NCBI GenBank assembly: GCA_017500855.1
Contig: JAFVYC010000022.1
Coordinates: forward strand, 13,020 to 77,019
From: Clostridia bacterium
Lineage (GTDB): Bacteria > Bacillota > Clostridia > Christensenellales > CAG-314
Length of the DNA stretch: 64,000 bases
Reading direction: 5' to 3'
Numbering within the stretch: position 1 is the stretch's first letter; each line of letters opens with the position of its first letter. Of this stretch, positions 18,477 through 27,280 are shown piece after piece. The translations under genes and the position numbers were made by a program. The notes under the pieces are model-generated. The model was not told where the DNA came from. It searched no databases and was given only the letters and a program-made list of their open reading frames with translations.

Positions 18477-18923
18477 TTAAGCAAGCTTGGAAAGTGCGTC
18501 TTGGATAGCAACGATGATACGAGCAGCGGATTGTGTGCCACCTGTGATGGATGGAACGCCTTCACCAACTGTTTGTGCTTCAGCTGTAGCTGTAGCAACG
18601 TATGCCTTAACTTCTTCTACAGGTTTGCCTTCGAATTGCTTGAGGAAGCCTTCGTAAGCAGCTTCAACTGCGTCGTGGGATGTCCAACCATAGTCAGGGT
18701 TGTCAGCAGATGTTCTTACCCAGCCTGTTTCTTCTTCTGTGTAGAGTTTAACGGATGTGATAACGCCGTTCAAAACTGTAACATCTACTTTAGCGCCGTA
18801 TGTGTGGCCATAGTTGTCATATTTGCATTCGCCAGTAACTGTTTGTGGTTGAGCGCAAGCTGCGAAAGCAACAACGCCAAGAACCATAACTACTGCAAGA
18901 GCAAGTACAAGAATCTTTTTCAT
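18477..18923 (-). CDS. lipoprotein, possible FMN-binding-domain protein
   Basis: Start set at the ATG at 18923 (GAAGGAG SD). 148 aa. Signal peptide with lipobox FAAC. The C-terminal ITGGTQSAARIIVAIQDAL resembles the FMN_bind motif. Confidence 0.7.
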   Translation of the reverse strand: MKKILVLALAVVMVLGVVAFAACAQPQTVTGECKYDNYGHTYGAKVDVTVLNGVITSVKLYTEEETGWVRTSADNPDYGWTSHDAVEAAYEGFLKQFEGKPVEEVKAYVATATAEAQTVGEGVPSITGGTQSAARIIVAIQDALSKLA

Positions 18924-19026
18924 TTTTCTTTTCTCCTTCAAAAAAATATATTTTTTTATTTTCTCGGCTTGCGCCGTAGAAAGCATTTTGTGGCAAATTT
19001 GGGCAAGGCCAAACTTGACCTTTGCT

Positions 19027-19055
19027 ATTATAGCACAACACGACAAATAAAACAA
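19027..19055 (-). promoter_or_regulatory. probable promoter of the lipoprotein gene
   Basis: Minus strand: TTGTTT, 17 nt, TGcTATAAT (extended -10). Confidence 0.45.
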
Positions 19056-19168
19056 CCTTTTTAGCAAACAAAAATCAATAAAATTTATTTATGCCTCAGC
19101 AAAAATAAACTATGATTTTTGCAAGAACAAACTTTGCGTTTGCGTGTTGGGCAAAAATGCAACTTTGT

Positions 19169-20605
19169 TTAGTACGCACGTGCAACAAGCGCAACAACGG
19201 GATGTTCGCACTTTTCGCCACAGCAGGTGCAAGTGTCTTGGAAGGGTTCTTCGTCCAACATCACACGAACTGTTGCTTGGTACTTTTCCTTGAAGAGCGC
19301 TTCGCAAGCGGGGTCTTGATCCCAAACGACTTTGGCAAAGCATTGGCTATCCAACACTTGTTGAAGTTCGTCCATGTTGTGGGCAATTTTTACGTGGCTG
19401 TCCCTGAATGCCAACGACTTGTTGTACATGTTGGTTTGGATTGTTGCCAACAATTCGTGTGCGCTTTGAGCAATGCCGTCCAGAGGCATTGTGAATTTTT
19501 CACAAGTATCTCTGCGGGCAACCATTGCAACGCCGTTTTCGATATCTCTTGGGCCAATTTCCAAACGCATTGGAACGCCTTTCATTTCCCATTCGTTGAA
19601 TTTCCAACCGGGGGATTGGTCACGGTCGTCCAATTGAACACGGATGCCGGCATTTTTCAACAGGTCGGCAATTTCCCTTGCTTTTTCCAACACACCGGGT
19701 TTGTGCGCTGCAACGGGAATTACCACTGCTTGGATGGGAGCAACCATTGGTGGCAAAACCAAACCACGTTGGTCGCCGTGCGCCATGATGATTGCGCCAA
19801 TAAGACGTGTGGAAACACCCCAGCTGGATTGCCAAGCGTGCTTGTGCTTGCCGTCCTTGTCCAAGAACATGATGTCGTACGCCTTGGAGAACTTTTGGCC
19901 GAAGTGGTGAGTTGTGCCTGCTTGCAAACTTTTGCCGTCCAACATCATTGCTTCCATGCCGTAGGTTGCTTCGGCGCCGGCAAACTTTTCCTTTTCGCTC
20001 TTTTTGCCGATGAAAGTGGGCATTGCAAGAACGTCACGAGCAAAATCGTGGTACAAATGCAACATGTCGATGGTTTCCTTCATGGATTCTTCCTGCGTTG
20101 CATGCACGGTGTGGCCTTCTTGCCACAAAAATTCCGAAGTGCGAAGGAAAGGACGAGTTGTTTTTTCCCAACGAACAACGTTTGCCCATTGGTTGAGTTT
20201 CAAGGGCAAATCCCTGTAGCTGTTGATCCACTTGCTGTACATACTGCAAATGATTGTTTCGCTTGTGGGGCGAACAACGCAAGGTTCGGCAAGTTTTTCG
20301 CCACCGGCAACGTGCACCATTGCAACTTCCGGCGCAAAACCTTCCACGTGTTCGGCTTCCTTCAAAAGCAAACTTTGTGGAATGAGCATTGGGAAGTAGG
20401 CGTTTTGGTGGCCTGTTGCCTTGAAACGGGCATCAAGTTCACGTTGGATGTTTTCCCAAATAGCGTAGCCATAGGGGCGAATTACCATTGTGCCCTTGAT
20501 TGGACCGTAGTCTACAAGTTGTGTTTTGAGCACGACGTCGGTGTACCATTGGGGGAAATCCCCGTTTATGTCTGCAATTTCTTTGACAAATTGTTTTTCT
20601 GCCAT
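19169..20605 (-). CDS. proS: proline--tRNA ligase (archaeal/eukaryote-like type)
   Basis: Start set at the ATG at 20605 (AGAGGAG SD). 478 aa. WYTDVVLKTQLVDYGPIKGTMVIRPYGYAIWE, RPTSETIICSMY and a C-terminal Cys cluster ending in ...ARAY are typical of this ProRS class. Confidence 0.95.
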   Translation of the reverse strand: MAEKQFVKEIADINGDFPQWYTDVVLKTQLVDYGPIKGTMVIRPYGYAIWENIQRELDARFKATGHQNAYFPMLIPQSLLLKEAEHVEGFAPEVAMVHVAGGEKLAEPCVVRPTSETIICSMYSKWINSYRDLPLKLNQWANVVRWEKTTRPFLRTSEFLWQEGHTVHATQEESMKETIDMLHLYHDFARDVLAMPTFIGKKSEKEKFAGAEATYGMEAMMLDGKSLQAGTTHHFGQKFSKAYDIMFLDKDGKHKHAWQSSWGVSTRLIGAIIMAHGDQRGLVLPPMVAPIQAVVIPVAAHKPGVLEKAREIADLLKNAGIRVQLDDRDQSPGWKFNEWEMKGVPMRLEIGPRDIENGVAMVARRDTCEKFTMPLDGIAQSAHELLATIQTNMYNKSLAFRDSHVKIAHNMDELQQVLDSQCFAKVVWDQDPACEALFKEKYQATVRVMLDEEPFQDTCTCCGEKCEHPVVALVARAY

Positions 20606-20668
20606 TGCTAACTCCTCTTTGCGATTGTACAACTACGTTTGTACAACCTTTTTGTTTTTTGTGCTCAT

Positions 20669-20697
20669 AGTATAGTGCAAACGACACTTTTTGTCAA
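20669..20697 (-). promoter_or_regulatory. proS promoter
   Basis: Minus strand: TTGACA (20697-20692), 17 nt, TATACT (20674-20669). The leader is only about 60 nt, so there is no room for a T-box. Confidence 0.6.
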
Positions 20698-20744
20698 ACA
20701 AACGCACCAAGTTGAACGCACATTTTTGCGCAAATTGCATTGTT

Positions 20745-21308
20745 CTACAACCCAAACTTGCGTTGAACACGAAAATTGACTTTGCAAAGGGGCAAAAATG
20801 CCACGGCAAACAGTACGGCGTTGCACAAAACGTGCGTCACGTAGAATGCAATTCCGTTGACGTACATCACGGCAAAGCGAGCAAAGAAGTTTTGCCAGTC
20901 AACAAAAAACCCCACCCCTGTCCAGCCGATGGCTGTGTCTATTGCGGAAGTCAGCACGCCAAACAAAGCCGTCAAAACAACAGCCAAAATTGTGGAAAAC
21001 ACAATGCTTTTTGCACCACGCATCCCGGTTTTGCCCAAAATTCCAAAGCAAAGAGCAACCACGTTGAAGTGAACGACGTAGGAAATTACCCAAGTGTTGA
21101 CACCCCACACGGCAACGTTGCCCAAAACAAAGGCAAACACAACGCCAAAACCAACTTTCAAACCCCAACAAAAGGCGCAAACTGCAATCAGAATTGTCAC
21201 AACTTCCACGTTGGGTAGGCTTGCAAGCGCAACTTTGCCACACACGGCAAGTGCCGAGTACATTGCAGTCACAGTTAGCAAAAGTGTTGTTTTTTTGCCG
21301 TTTTTCAT
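20745..21308 (-). CDS. polytopic membrane protein, ECF-transporter S-component-like (candidate cobalamin-specific, CbrT-like)
   Basis: 187 aa with about 6 TM helices and no other motifs. The functional call rests on co-transcription with the DUF4430-like lipoprotein behind a cobalamin riboswitch. Confidence 0.55.
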   Translation of the reverse strand: MKNGKKTTLLLTVTAMYSALAVCGKVALASLPNVEVVTILIAVCAFCWGLKVGFGVVFAFVLGNVAVWGVNTWVISYVVHFNVVALCFGILGKTGMRGAKSIVFSTILAVVLTALFGVLTSAIDTAIGWTGVGFFVDWQNFFARFAVMYVNGIAFYVTHVLCNAVLFAVAFLPLCKVNFRVQRKFGL

Positions 21309-21361
21309 TGCTGATTTCCCCTCCTTGTTGAAGATTTTGCCACCACGTGGTGGACTTTTGT

Positions 21362-21862
21362 TTAGTAGGTGTCAATCATGAACAGGATGACACATCCCGG
21401 TTCAACGGATATTCCTTCAACGCCTTGGGAAGCGGAAACAACCGTGCCGTAGTCGGGGATGTTGACTGTTTTTACCCATGCACCCGTTGCTTGCTGGCTT
21501 TGAATGGAAGTCAGCACGGTGACAAATTCGTTAGATTCTTCAACAATTGCCCCACCAATGCCGTTGATATACTTGCCGTAGCTGCTCGAAGTCCAATCCA
21601 AGTACAAATTTGTGTTGTCGTTTAAGTACAGCAACACTTGCTCCACCGATGCGCCTTGTTCAACGTCCTTGCCAATGCGAACAACACACAACGTGTAGGT
21701 GCCGTCGTTGTTGACAACAACAACCACGCATTCGTTGTTGCCCATTTGCGGAATTTGCAGTTGGTCCATTGTGATTGGCTCGGGTTTGCTGTCGCACGCA
21801 ACAAACACAAAGCAAAAAACAACAAGCAAAATGCAAACTACTGCCAAAAATTGTTTTTTCAT
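21362..21862 (-). CDS. lipoprotein, DUF4430-like (transcobalamin-like fold family)
   Basis: Start set at the ATG at 21862 (AGGAGG SD). 166 aa. Lipobox FVAC. The C-terminal SSYGKYINGIGG...GAWVKTVN...VEPGCVILFMIDTY pattern resembles DUF4430. Confidence 0.65.
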   Translation of the reverse strand: MKKQFLAVVCILLVVFCFVFVACDSKPEPITMDQLQIPQMGNNECVVVVVNNDGTYTLCVVRIGKDVEQGASVEQVLLYLNDNTNLYLDWTSSSYGKYINGIGGAIVEESNEFVTVLTSIQSQQATGAWVKTVNIPDYGTVVSASQGVEGISVEPGCVILFMIDTY

Positions 21863-21904
21863 TTTGTTTTCCTCCTTGTTTTTTGCAAAACACCGTTTTT
21901 GCAA

Positions 21905-22123
21905 CAAAAAAGGTGGATGCCAAAACAACATCCACCTTGCAAAAAGCGCACAAAAAGTGGGATGTTCCTTTACATCGAAAGAACTCCTTGGTTGCAACTG
22001 CAAGTTGGGCATTCGGGCTTGGAAAACTCCTTACCGTAGCGGGACTGCTGATGATTTGCACACCATTCCCCCACAAGGATGTGAACAACCTGCGTTGCAC
22101 ATCGCCTTGCATGATATTTTGCT
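21905..22123 (-). promoter_or_regulatory. cobalamin (B12) riboswitch with terminator expression platform
   Basis: The minus-strand RNA reads GGGGGAAUGGUGUGCAAAUCAUCAGCAGUCCCGCUACGGUAAGGAGUUUUCCAAGCCCGAAUGCCC (core 22027-22072). It matches the conserved core as in the E. coli btuB leader (AGGGAAUCCAGUGCGAAUCUGG..., GCAGCGGUAAGG, CCAAGCCCGAAGACCUGCC). P3 UGGUG/CAUCA carries a 7-nt loop UGCAAAU. Downstream is a 10-bp hairpin AAGGTGGATG/CATCCACCTT (21910-21938) plus a U-run. Confidence 0.78.
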
Positions 22124-22129
22124 ACACAC

Positions 22130-22158
22130 ATTGTAGCACGAACGGCTTGTTTTGACAA
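22130..22158 (-). promoter_or_regulatory. promoter driving the riboswitch operon
   Basis: Minus strand: TTGTCA (22158-22153), 17 nt, TACAAT (22135-22130). Confidence 0.55.
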
Positions 22159-22490
22159 CAGTTTTGCGCCACATTGCGCATTTTGCCAACAAGCGACTTT
22201 TCGTTGCAACACACCACAGCCGAACTCAATGCACCGGGCACGCCACAGCAAAACGCCACGCCTCTTTGCCCCGAAACACGCAAAATTCCCCACTACGGGG
22301 TGGCAAATTGCAAACTTTTGCACGTTTTTGCTCAACCAATGCCACAAAGGCAATTTTTGCGCACTTCACACGACAAAAACGCCACCACGGGGTGGCAATT
22401 TGCGCCCTTGACTACCCTTACACCTTGTGCCAACCTTTGGTTTTGCCTGCAAACAAAACGCTCGCTTCAATGCCGTCCATCCACAAAATT

Positions 22491-22524
22491 GCAAAAGGAA
22501 AGCCCTGCAATTTTTGCAGGGCTT
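22491..22524 (-). terminator. intrinsic terminator after the DUF5050-like gene
   Basis: Stem AAGCCCTGCA / TGCAGGGCTT (22500-22524). The minus-strand tail is TCCTTTTGC. Confidence 0.6.
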
Positions 22525-22537
22525 GAATTGCCAAAAA

Positions 22538-23917
22538 CTATTGAGCGTCTTCTTCCGTTTCTTCAACTTCTACTGTCAAAGTGAAGTTTGTTGTGTCGGA
22601 ATTCTTCTTGGTTTCTGCATTGAATTGTGCAATGGAAACTGTTCCTGTGGAATTGAACGTGAACAAGAATTCGCCTTCGATATCGAACTTAGCCCAGCCT
22701 GTTGCGGAAGTTGGAACGTTGTAGCCCAATGCAACCGGTTCGGACTTGGTTTCGATGTCCATGCTGTAGTACACGTTTGCAACTGTGAAGTACAACGTGC
22801 TTCCTTCCAACTTGTTCAAAGTGATTGCTGTGTCGTAGTTGTTGGGAGAAAGGATTTCTTCGATGATTGTTTGACTGCCTTGGCTGTGTGCAATCCAAAC
22901 GCCGTAGGTTGTTACTTCGCCGGAAACGGAACGTGTGTACAACAATTTGCCATTGTAGCCAAAGTAGCTAGACATGGATGTGTTGAGAACAAGTTGACCG
23001 TCCACTTCGCTGTCGGCATAGAAAACCTTGATTTCGTCGTGTTCGGGAGTGTTTTCGTAGCCAATTGTGTAGTATGCGTAGCCGTTGCTTGCTGCAAGCA
23101 ATGTTACGGGCGCTTGGTCATCGGTTGCTTCAACAATGCAGTTAGCATCGCTTTCGCCAAGAATGTACTTCCAAATTGCCTTGTCTTCGTCCATGAAGAA
23201 CACGTTTTCGCCATCAAGTTTTACGGAAGAAATTTCTTCTGCAAGAACTTTGCTTGTGCCTTCGGAAACGTTGAGGCTGGAAAGTGTGTTGTCGGCAACG
23301 TACCAACCAACAAGACTACCGTCTTCTTGCTCGGCAAGTTTGTACATTGTTGCTGTGGATGGGAACACGTAGTGCTTTTGCACGTCGCTACCGTCCAATT
23401 TTGCGCTACAAAGTGCAAGTTGGTTTGTGAGCAAATCGCCGTTGGCATCAACAGCGTCGTTGGCTGTTGTGAAGTAGATTCTGTCGCCAAAGATGAACAA
23501 TCCGTTGTAGCTGTGTTCCGTTGTGTTGGAAGAGTACACAAAGTGTGGAACAACAAGTTCAACCTTTGCACGAACTTCGTTTTGGATTGCTTCTGCCAAG
23601 TCCTTGGAAGACATGTCTTCGTCGTTCAAAGCAATGATTGGGGCAATGTCCGCCTTTTTGATGCGCACGATGCTACCTGTGCGAACAACGCCGTTGTGTG
23701 TGTTGTCGGCTGTGTAGGAAGATTGGTAACCGTTTACGTAGTAGATCCAATCACCGTAGCCAACGGCAATTCCACCATTGCCTGTAACTTGGCCTGCTTC
23801 GGGCATTTCTACAGGTGTGAAAGGTTCCACAGGATTGCACGCTGTGAGAACCAACGTTGCAAGCATGAGCATTGCAACAAGAATAACAATTGTTTTGCTG
23901 AATTTTGTGTTAAACAT
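22538..23917 (-). CDS. lipoprotein with DUF5050-like beta-propeller region
   Basis: 459 aa. Lipobox LTAC. GNGGIAVGYGDWIYYVNG and repeated ...IYFTT / ...LYFTV strands resemble DUF5050. The tail is acidic. Confidence 0.7.
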   Translation of the reverse strand: MFNTKFSKTIVILVAMLMLATLVLTACNPVEPFTPVEMPEAGQVTGNGGIAVGYGDWIYYVNGYQSSYTADNTHNGVVRTGSIVRIKKADIAPIIALNDEDMSSKDLAEAIQNEVRAKVELVVPHFVYSSNTTEHSYNGLFIFGDRIYFTTANDAVDANGDLLTNQLALCSAKLDGSDVQKHYVFPSTATMYKLAEQEDGSLVGWYVADNTLSSLNVSEGTSKVLAEEISSVKLDGENVFFMDEDKAIWKYILGESDANCIVEATDDQAPVTLLAASNGYAYYTIGYENTPEHDEIKVFYADSEVDGQLVLNTSMSSYFGYNGKLLYTRSVSGEVTTYGVWIAHSQGSQTIIEEILSPNNYDTAITLNKLEGSTLYFTVANVYYSMDIETKSEPVALGYNVPTSATGWAKFDIEGEFLFTFNSTGTVSIAQFNAETKKNSDTTNFTLTVEVEETEEDAQ

Positions 23918-23955
23918 TATATACTACTCCTTATGTAGATACTACATAGGACACT

Positions 23956-23984
23956 ATTATAAATCATAATCGGGAAAATTGCAA
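23956..23984 (-). promoter_or_regulatory. promoter of the DUF5050-like gene
   Basis: Minus strand: TTGCAA (23984-23979), 17 nt, TATAAT (23961-23956). Confidence 0.55.
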
Positions 23985-24075
23985 CAATTTTGCGCCCCTG
24001 TTGCTTTACAACATTGAAATTTTTTTCAAAAAAGTTGTAAATTGCCCTTTTGGCAGGTCAAAACACAGCAATTTT

Positions 24076-24918
24076 CTACACCGTTGTGTCGATGGTGGTT
24101 ATTTGCCCGGTGGATGCATCCTGAAACAGCATCCAAAAATTGGTGGGGCTGTTTTCCACAAGCACAAAATCCTTGTCGCCAACGGTTGCCTTTTCGGCAG
24201 GCAGTCCGTAGCAAATATAGCGCACCACACCTTCCTTTTGCAAAATGCCAAGCACAAAAAACTTTTCCGAAGTGGGGAAGTCTATTCGCACAAAAAACGA
24301 GTGCTTGTAGCGCTGTGTCAATGGGTAGTAGGGAGGGAACTGCAAAAACACCTTGGCAATTTCCGCCTTGACGGAATCGTAGTAGTTGGTGTTTTGCCCA
24401 CTTGCGTAGAAACGCTCGAATGCGTCGGAGTAGTCGGCAACGCATTTGTACTTGTCTTTGCTGACTTTCTTCAAACTGTCAACGTCCACGCCGTTGTAGA
24501 AATTTTGGCAACTTGCCACAAAACTTTCGTAGGGGGAAGTTTGCTCCTCGCCAACAAGCGAAGGCATTTTGATGGCAAGCACGTCGCAACTTGCGTCCGA
24601 ACCAACCTTTGCACGGGCAACTTCGTAGCACTTGTCCTCCTTTTTGACAAGCAAGCACCCAACGCTTGCCAAGTTTTGCAACGGAAGGCTTGCGGAAAAA
24701 GAGTGCAAATTTTCCACCTTTTTGGCAAACAGGTTTTTGCCACACGCAAGCAGTAGCCACCACTCGCCAAAAATTGCCGTTTCCGCATTTGTGACGAACA
24801 TGGAAACTTCCGTTTGCGACACACCGTTGACCAACTTGACCATTCCGCACAAATCTTTGTTCTTTTGCGCAAAACGCTTGTTGGTTTGGGACAAAATTAG
24901 CACTCGCTTGCTGTACAT
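24076..24918 (-). CDS. hypothetical protein
   Basis: Start set at the ATG at 24918 (GGAGAG SD 7 nt upstream). 280 aa with protein-like composition. I recognise no motif. The opposite-strand ORF 24001-24756 is a codon-aligned shadow. Confidence 0.6.
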   Translation of the reverse strand: MYSKRVLILSQTNKRFAQKNKDLCGMVKLVNGVSQTEVSMFVTNAETAIFGEWWLLLACGKNLFAKKVENLHSFSASLPLQNLASVGCLLVKKEDKCYEVARAKVGSDASCDVLAIKMPSLVGEEQTSPYESFVASCQNFYNGVDVDSLKKVSKDKYKCVADYSDAFERFYASGQNTNYYDSVKAEIAKVFLQFPPYYPLTQRYKHSFFVRIDFPTSEKFFVLGILQKEGVVRYICYGLPAEKATVGDKDFVLVENSPTNFWMLFQDASTGQITTIDTTV

Positions 24919-25048
24919 AAGGGCAACTCTCCAAAAACAGTTTTTCCTAGATGGTACAACGGCGGGGCAACAAACATTTGCAACAGTTTGCAATTTTTTG
25001 ACAGGTTTTGACCTTTTTTACAATACGCACGCACGTGAGAGCATTTGC

Positions 25049-25084
25049 AAAAAAAAACAACAGCGAAAGGAAAACTTTCGCTGT
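25049..25084 (-). terminator. intrinsic terminator after the HAD gene
   Basis: Stem ACAGCGAAAG / CTTTCGCTGT (25060-25084), followed on the minus strand by a T9 run. Confidence 0.7.
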
Positions 25085-25151
25085 GCCTAGATTTATCAGA
25101 AACTGTTACCATTTCTAAATGAATTGATATTTCAACCATCAACTGCATGGT

Positions 25152-26003
25152 CTAGGTGGTTGTTTGCTTGCGACATTTTTTGCAAGACTTTTGGGAAAGC
25201 TCTTCGAAGGCTTCGGAAGCGGAAATTTTGGTGAGGATGGCTTTGGCAGCCTTGTCCATTTCGCTACCTTCGGTGTAGTCGGCCTTGACGTAGAAATCCA
25301 CACGCTTTTCGTCGATGAGGTAGCTTCCGTCGGCATGGTTGCGGTACACGCCAATTGCATAGCCACCACGTTGACGGGTGAGTTTCATGCTGGGAATGTC
25401 CGTCAGTCCATCGCCAACGTAGATCATGTTTTCGAAGGACACGGCACGCTTGTTGGCAGGCATGTACATGTTGAGTTTTTTGTCCTCATCCAACTCTTCC
25501 ACGCCCTTGTTGATGCGATACAAAAATTGCGTTTTGCTGGTGTAGTTCAAAGCAACGCTTGGCCAAATGGGTTGGCCGTCCTCGCCGTAGACGTAGTCGC
25601 AAGCAAAAATGTTGTGGAAATGCTTGCTGATTTCGCAACCTTCGATCATGGGTTTTAGGCCACAGGAAATGATGTAGTGCCTAACTTCCAAGCCAAGGCT
25701 TTCGCCAAACTTGTTGATGCGGTCGAACCAATCCAACACGCCGTCAAAAAATTCCACTCCCTGCCCGTGTTTTTTGAGCCCTTCGTAGGAAATGTCGATG
25801 CCCTTTTGCTTGGCTTTGTTGAGTGTCAGCATCATGTAGGACAAAATGTGGTCCATCTTGTACTTGTGCGCATTGCCGTCGCTTTCGCCCCAAAACTCGT
25901 CGGCAGTCATGCCAAGCGCCGGGATGAAGCAAAATTCTTGCATGTCCTTGGTGGAAAGAGTGTTGTCGAAGTCGTAGATGAATGCAACAATTGGTTTTTT
26001 CAT
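25152..26003 (-). CDS. HAD-superfamily hydrolase
   Basis: Start set at the ATG at 26003 (GGAGGG SD). 283 aa. Motif I is DFDNT (FIYDFDNTLS). Motif IV is YVGDGLTDIP. Confidence 0.8.
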   Translation of the reverse strand: MKKPIVAFIYDFDNTLSTKDMQEFCFIPALGMTADEFWGESDGNAHKYKMDHILSYMMLTLNKAKQKGIDISYEGLKKHGQGVEFFDGVLDWFDRINKFGESLGLEVRHYIISCGLKPMIEGCEISKHFHNIFACDYVYGEDGQPIWPSVALNYTSKTQFLYRINKGVEELDEDKKLNMYMPANKRAVSFENMIYVGDGLTDIPSMKLTRQRGGYAIGVYRNHADGSYLIDEKRVDFYVKADYTEGSEMDKAAKAILTKISASEAFEELSQKSCKKCRKQTTT

Positions 26004-26099
26004 AGTAACCCTCCAAATTCGCCCCGTTGCCGTGAAAAAACAAGCACACGGGGTGGGCAATTGCTGTCAAATTGCCTTCATTGTTATGCTTATATCACT

Positions 26100-26128
26100 A
26101 CTATACTACTTTTTGAAAAAAATTTCAA
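26100..26128 (-). promoter_or_regulatory. promoter of the HAD gene
   Basis: Minus strand: TTGAAA (26128-26123), 17 nt, TATAGT (26105-26100). Confidence 0.5.
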
Positions 26129-26200
26129 TACTTTTTTGTAAAAAAGTGGCAAAATAGCACAAATAATGCAAAAAACGGCAGGATTTTGCCTGCCGTTGTG

Positions 26201-27265
26201 CTAGAAATTGTATTTTTTGTCGACGTACTTGCTTGTGAATGCCGAAAGCAAAGCGCCGTAGGACAGCTTGAATTCAACCACGTCCCCCACTTTGTAGCCT
26301 GTTGCACGTGTCAAATCCAAAATTAGGTGGTCGGAACTTCCGCCAACAACTTGGATGTTTTGATCCAACGGAGTGAGGCCGTCCAACTGCACGTCCTGCC
26401 TGCCAACTGCAACGATACCACGAAGCATTTGCCCCTTGTCTTGGTACTGTACCACTTCGCCAAAAGCGTTGACCGACCTTGTGCCAATGGGCATGGACGG
26501 TTTGCTTTGCACTTCCACAAGCTGACCTTGCAACACGAATGCGTCGTCCACAAGGTCGTGGAACTTGGCGCCGGTGGCTGTGTCCGTGCCCAAAAGCACG
26601 GCTTCGCCAACACGCAACAAGTTGACCTCTTTGGGCATTTTGCCTTGAAGCATCAACCCAAGCGAACTGCTGTTGCCACCAGATATGATGGGAATTTCCA
26701 ACCCAAGAGCCGAACGAAGTTTTTGCGCAATTTCCACAAGCACGCCAAGGTTTGTTTCCGTTGGAACAATGGAGCCGTAGCACGTCAAGTTTGTGCCAAC
26801 ACCTTCCAGTTGCAAGTGCTTGCTGTTTGCGACAAAAGTTGCAGTTTGCAAAATTTGTTGCCAGTTTGTGTACAACAGACCTTCCCGAAGGTCGCCAAGG
26901 TCAATCATCAACACAACTTTGTGCGTTTTGTTGAGTTTTTGGCAGGCTTGCTCCAGCGCTACCAACGTTTCCAATTGGCTTTGCAAGGAAAATTCCGAAC
27001 AGGCAACAACTCGTTCGGCGTTGCTTGGCATTGCCACACGCAACAGCATGCGAGGGCGCAAATCGGTGCTTTCCAAGTTTTGCTCACGGCTGTCGGCATA
27101 CATTGCAAAACCGCATTGCCAAAGTTGCTTCAAAATGACAGGATCGGCGCACACGCATTTGCCAACAAGCGCAACTTGCACGTTGTGGCTTTTGCACCAA
27201 CCAACAATTGTGTTGGCGTTGTGCAACAATTTGTTGAAATGCACCACTACTTGTGGGTAACTCAT
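26201..27265 (-). CDS. alanine/ornithine racemase-family PLP-dependent enzyme
   Basis: 354 aa. The layout is an N-terminal TIM barrel followed by a C-terminal beta domain, as in alanine-racemase-fold proteins of the YhfX/ornithine racemase group (VALVGKC..., MIDLGDLREG, GGNSSSL, VVGGSSDHLILD). Confidence 0.72.
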   Translation of the reverse strand: MSYPQVVVHFNKLLHNANTIVGWCKSHNVQVALVGKCVCADPVILKQLWQCGFAMYADSREQNLESTDLRPRMLLRVAMPSNAERVVACSEFSLQSQLETLVALEQACQKLNKTHKVVLMIDLGDLREGLLYTNWQQILQTATFVANSKHLQLEGVGTNLTCYGSIVPTETNLGVLVEIAQKLRSALGLEIPIISGGNSSSLGLMLQGKMPKEVNLLRVGEAVLLGTDTATGAKFHDLVDDAFVLQGQLVEVQSKPSMPIGTRSVNAFGEVVQYQDKGQMLRGIVAVGRQDVQLDGLTPLDQNIQVVGGSSDHLILDLTRATGYKVGDVVEFKLSYGALLSAFTSKYVDKKYNF

Positions 27266-27280
27266 GTGTGACCTCCTGTG

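Noticed and set aside
24001-24756. 251-aa plus-strand ORF as an alternative to the minus-strand hypothetical gene.
   Set aside because: It is codon-aligned with 24076-24918 (offset 75). It has no SD and a Cys/Val/Phe/Gly-biased sequence. The minus-strand ORF has an SD and balanced composition.
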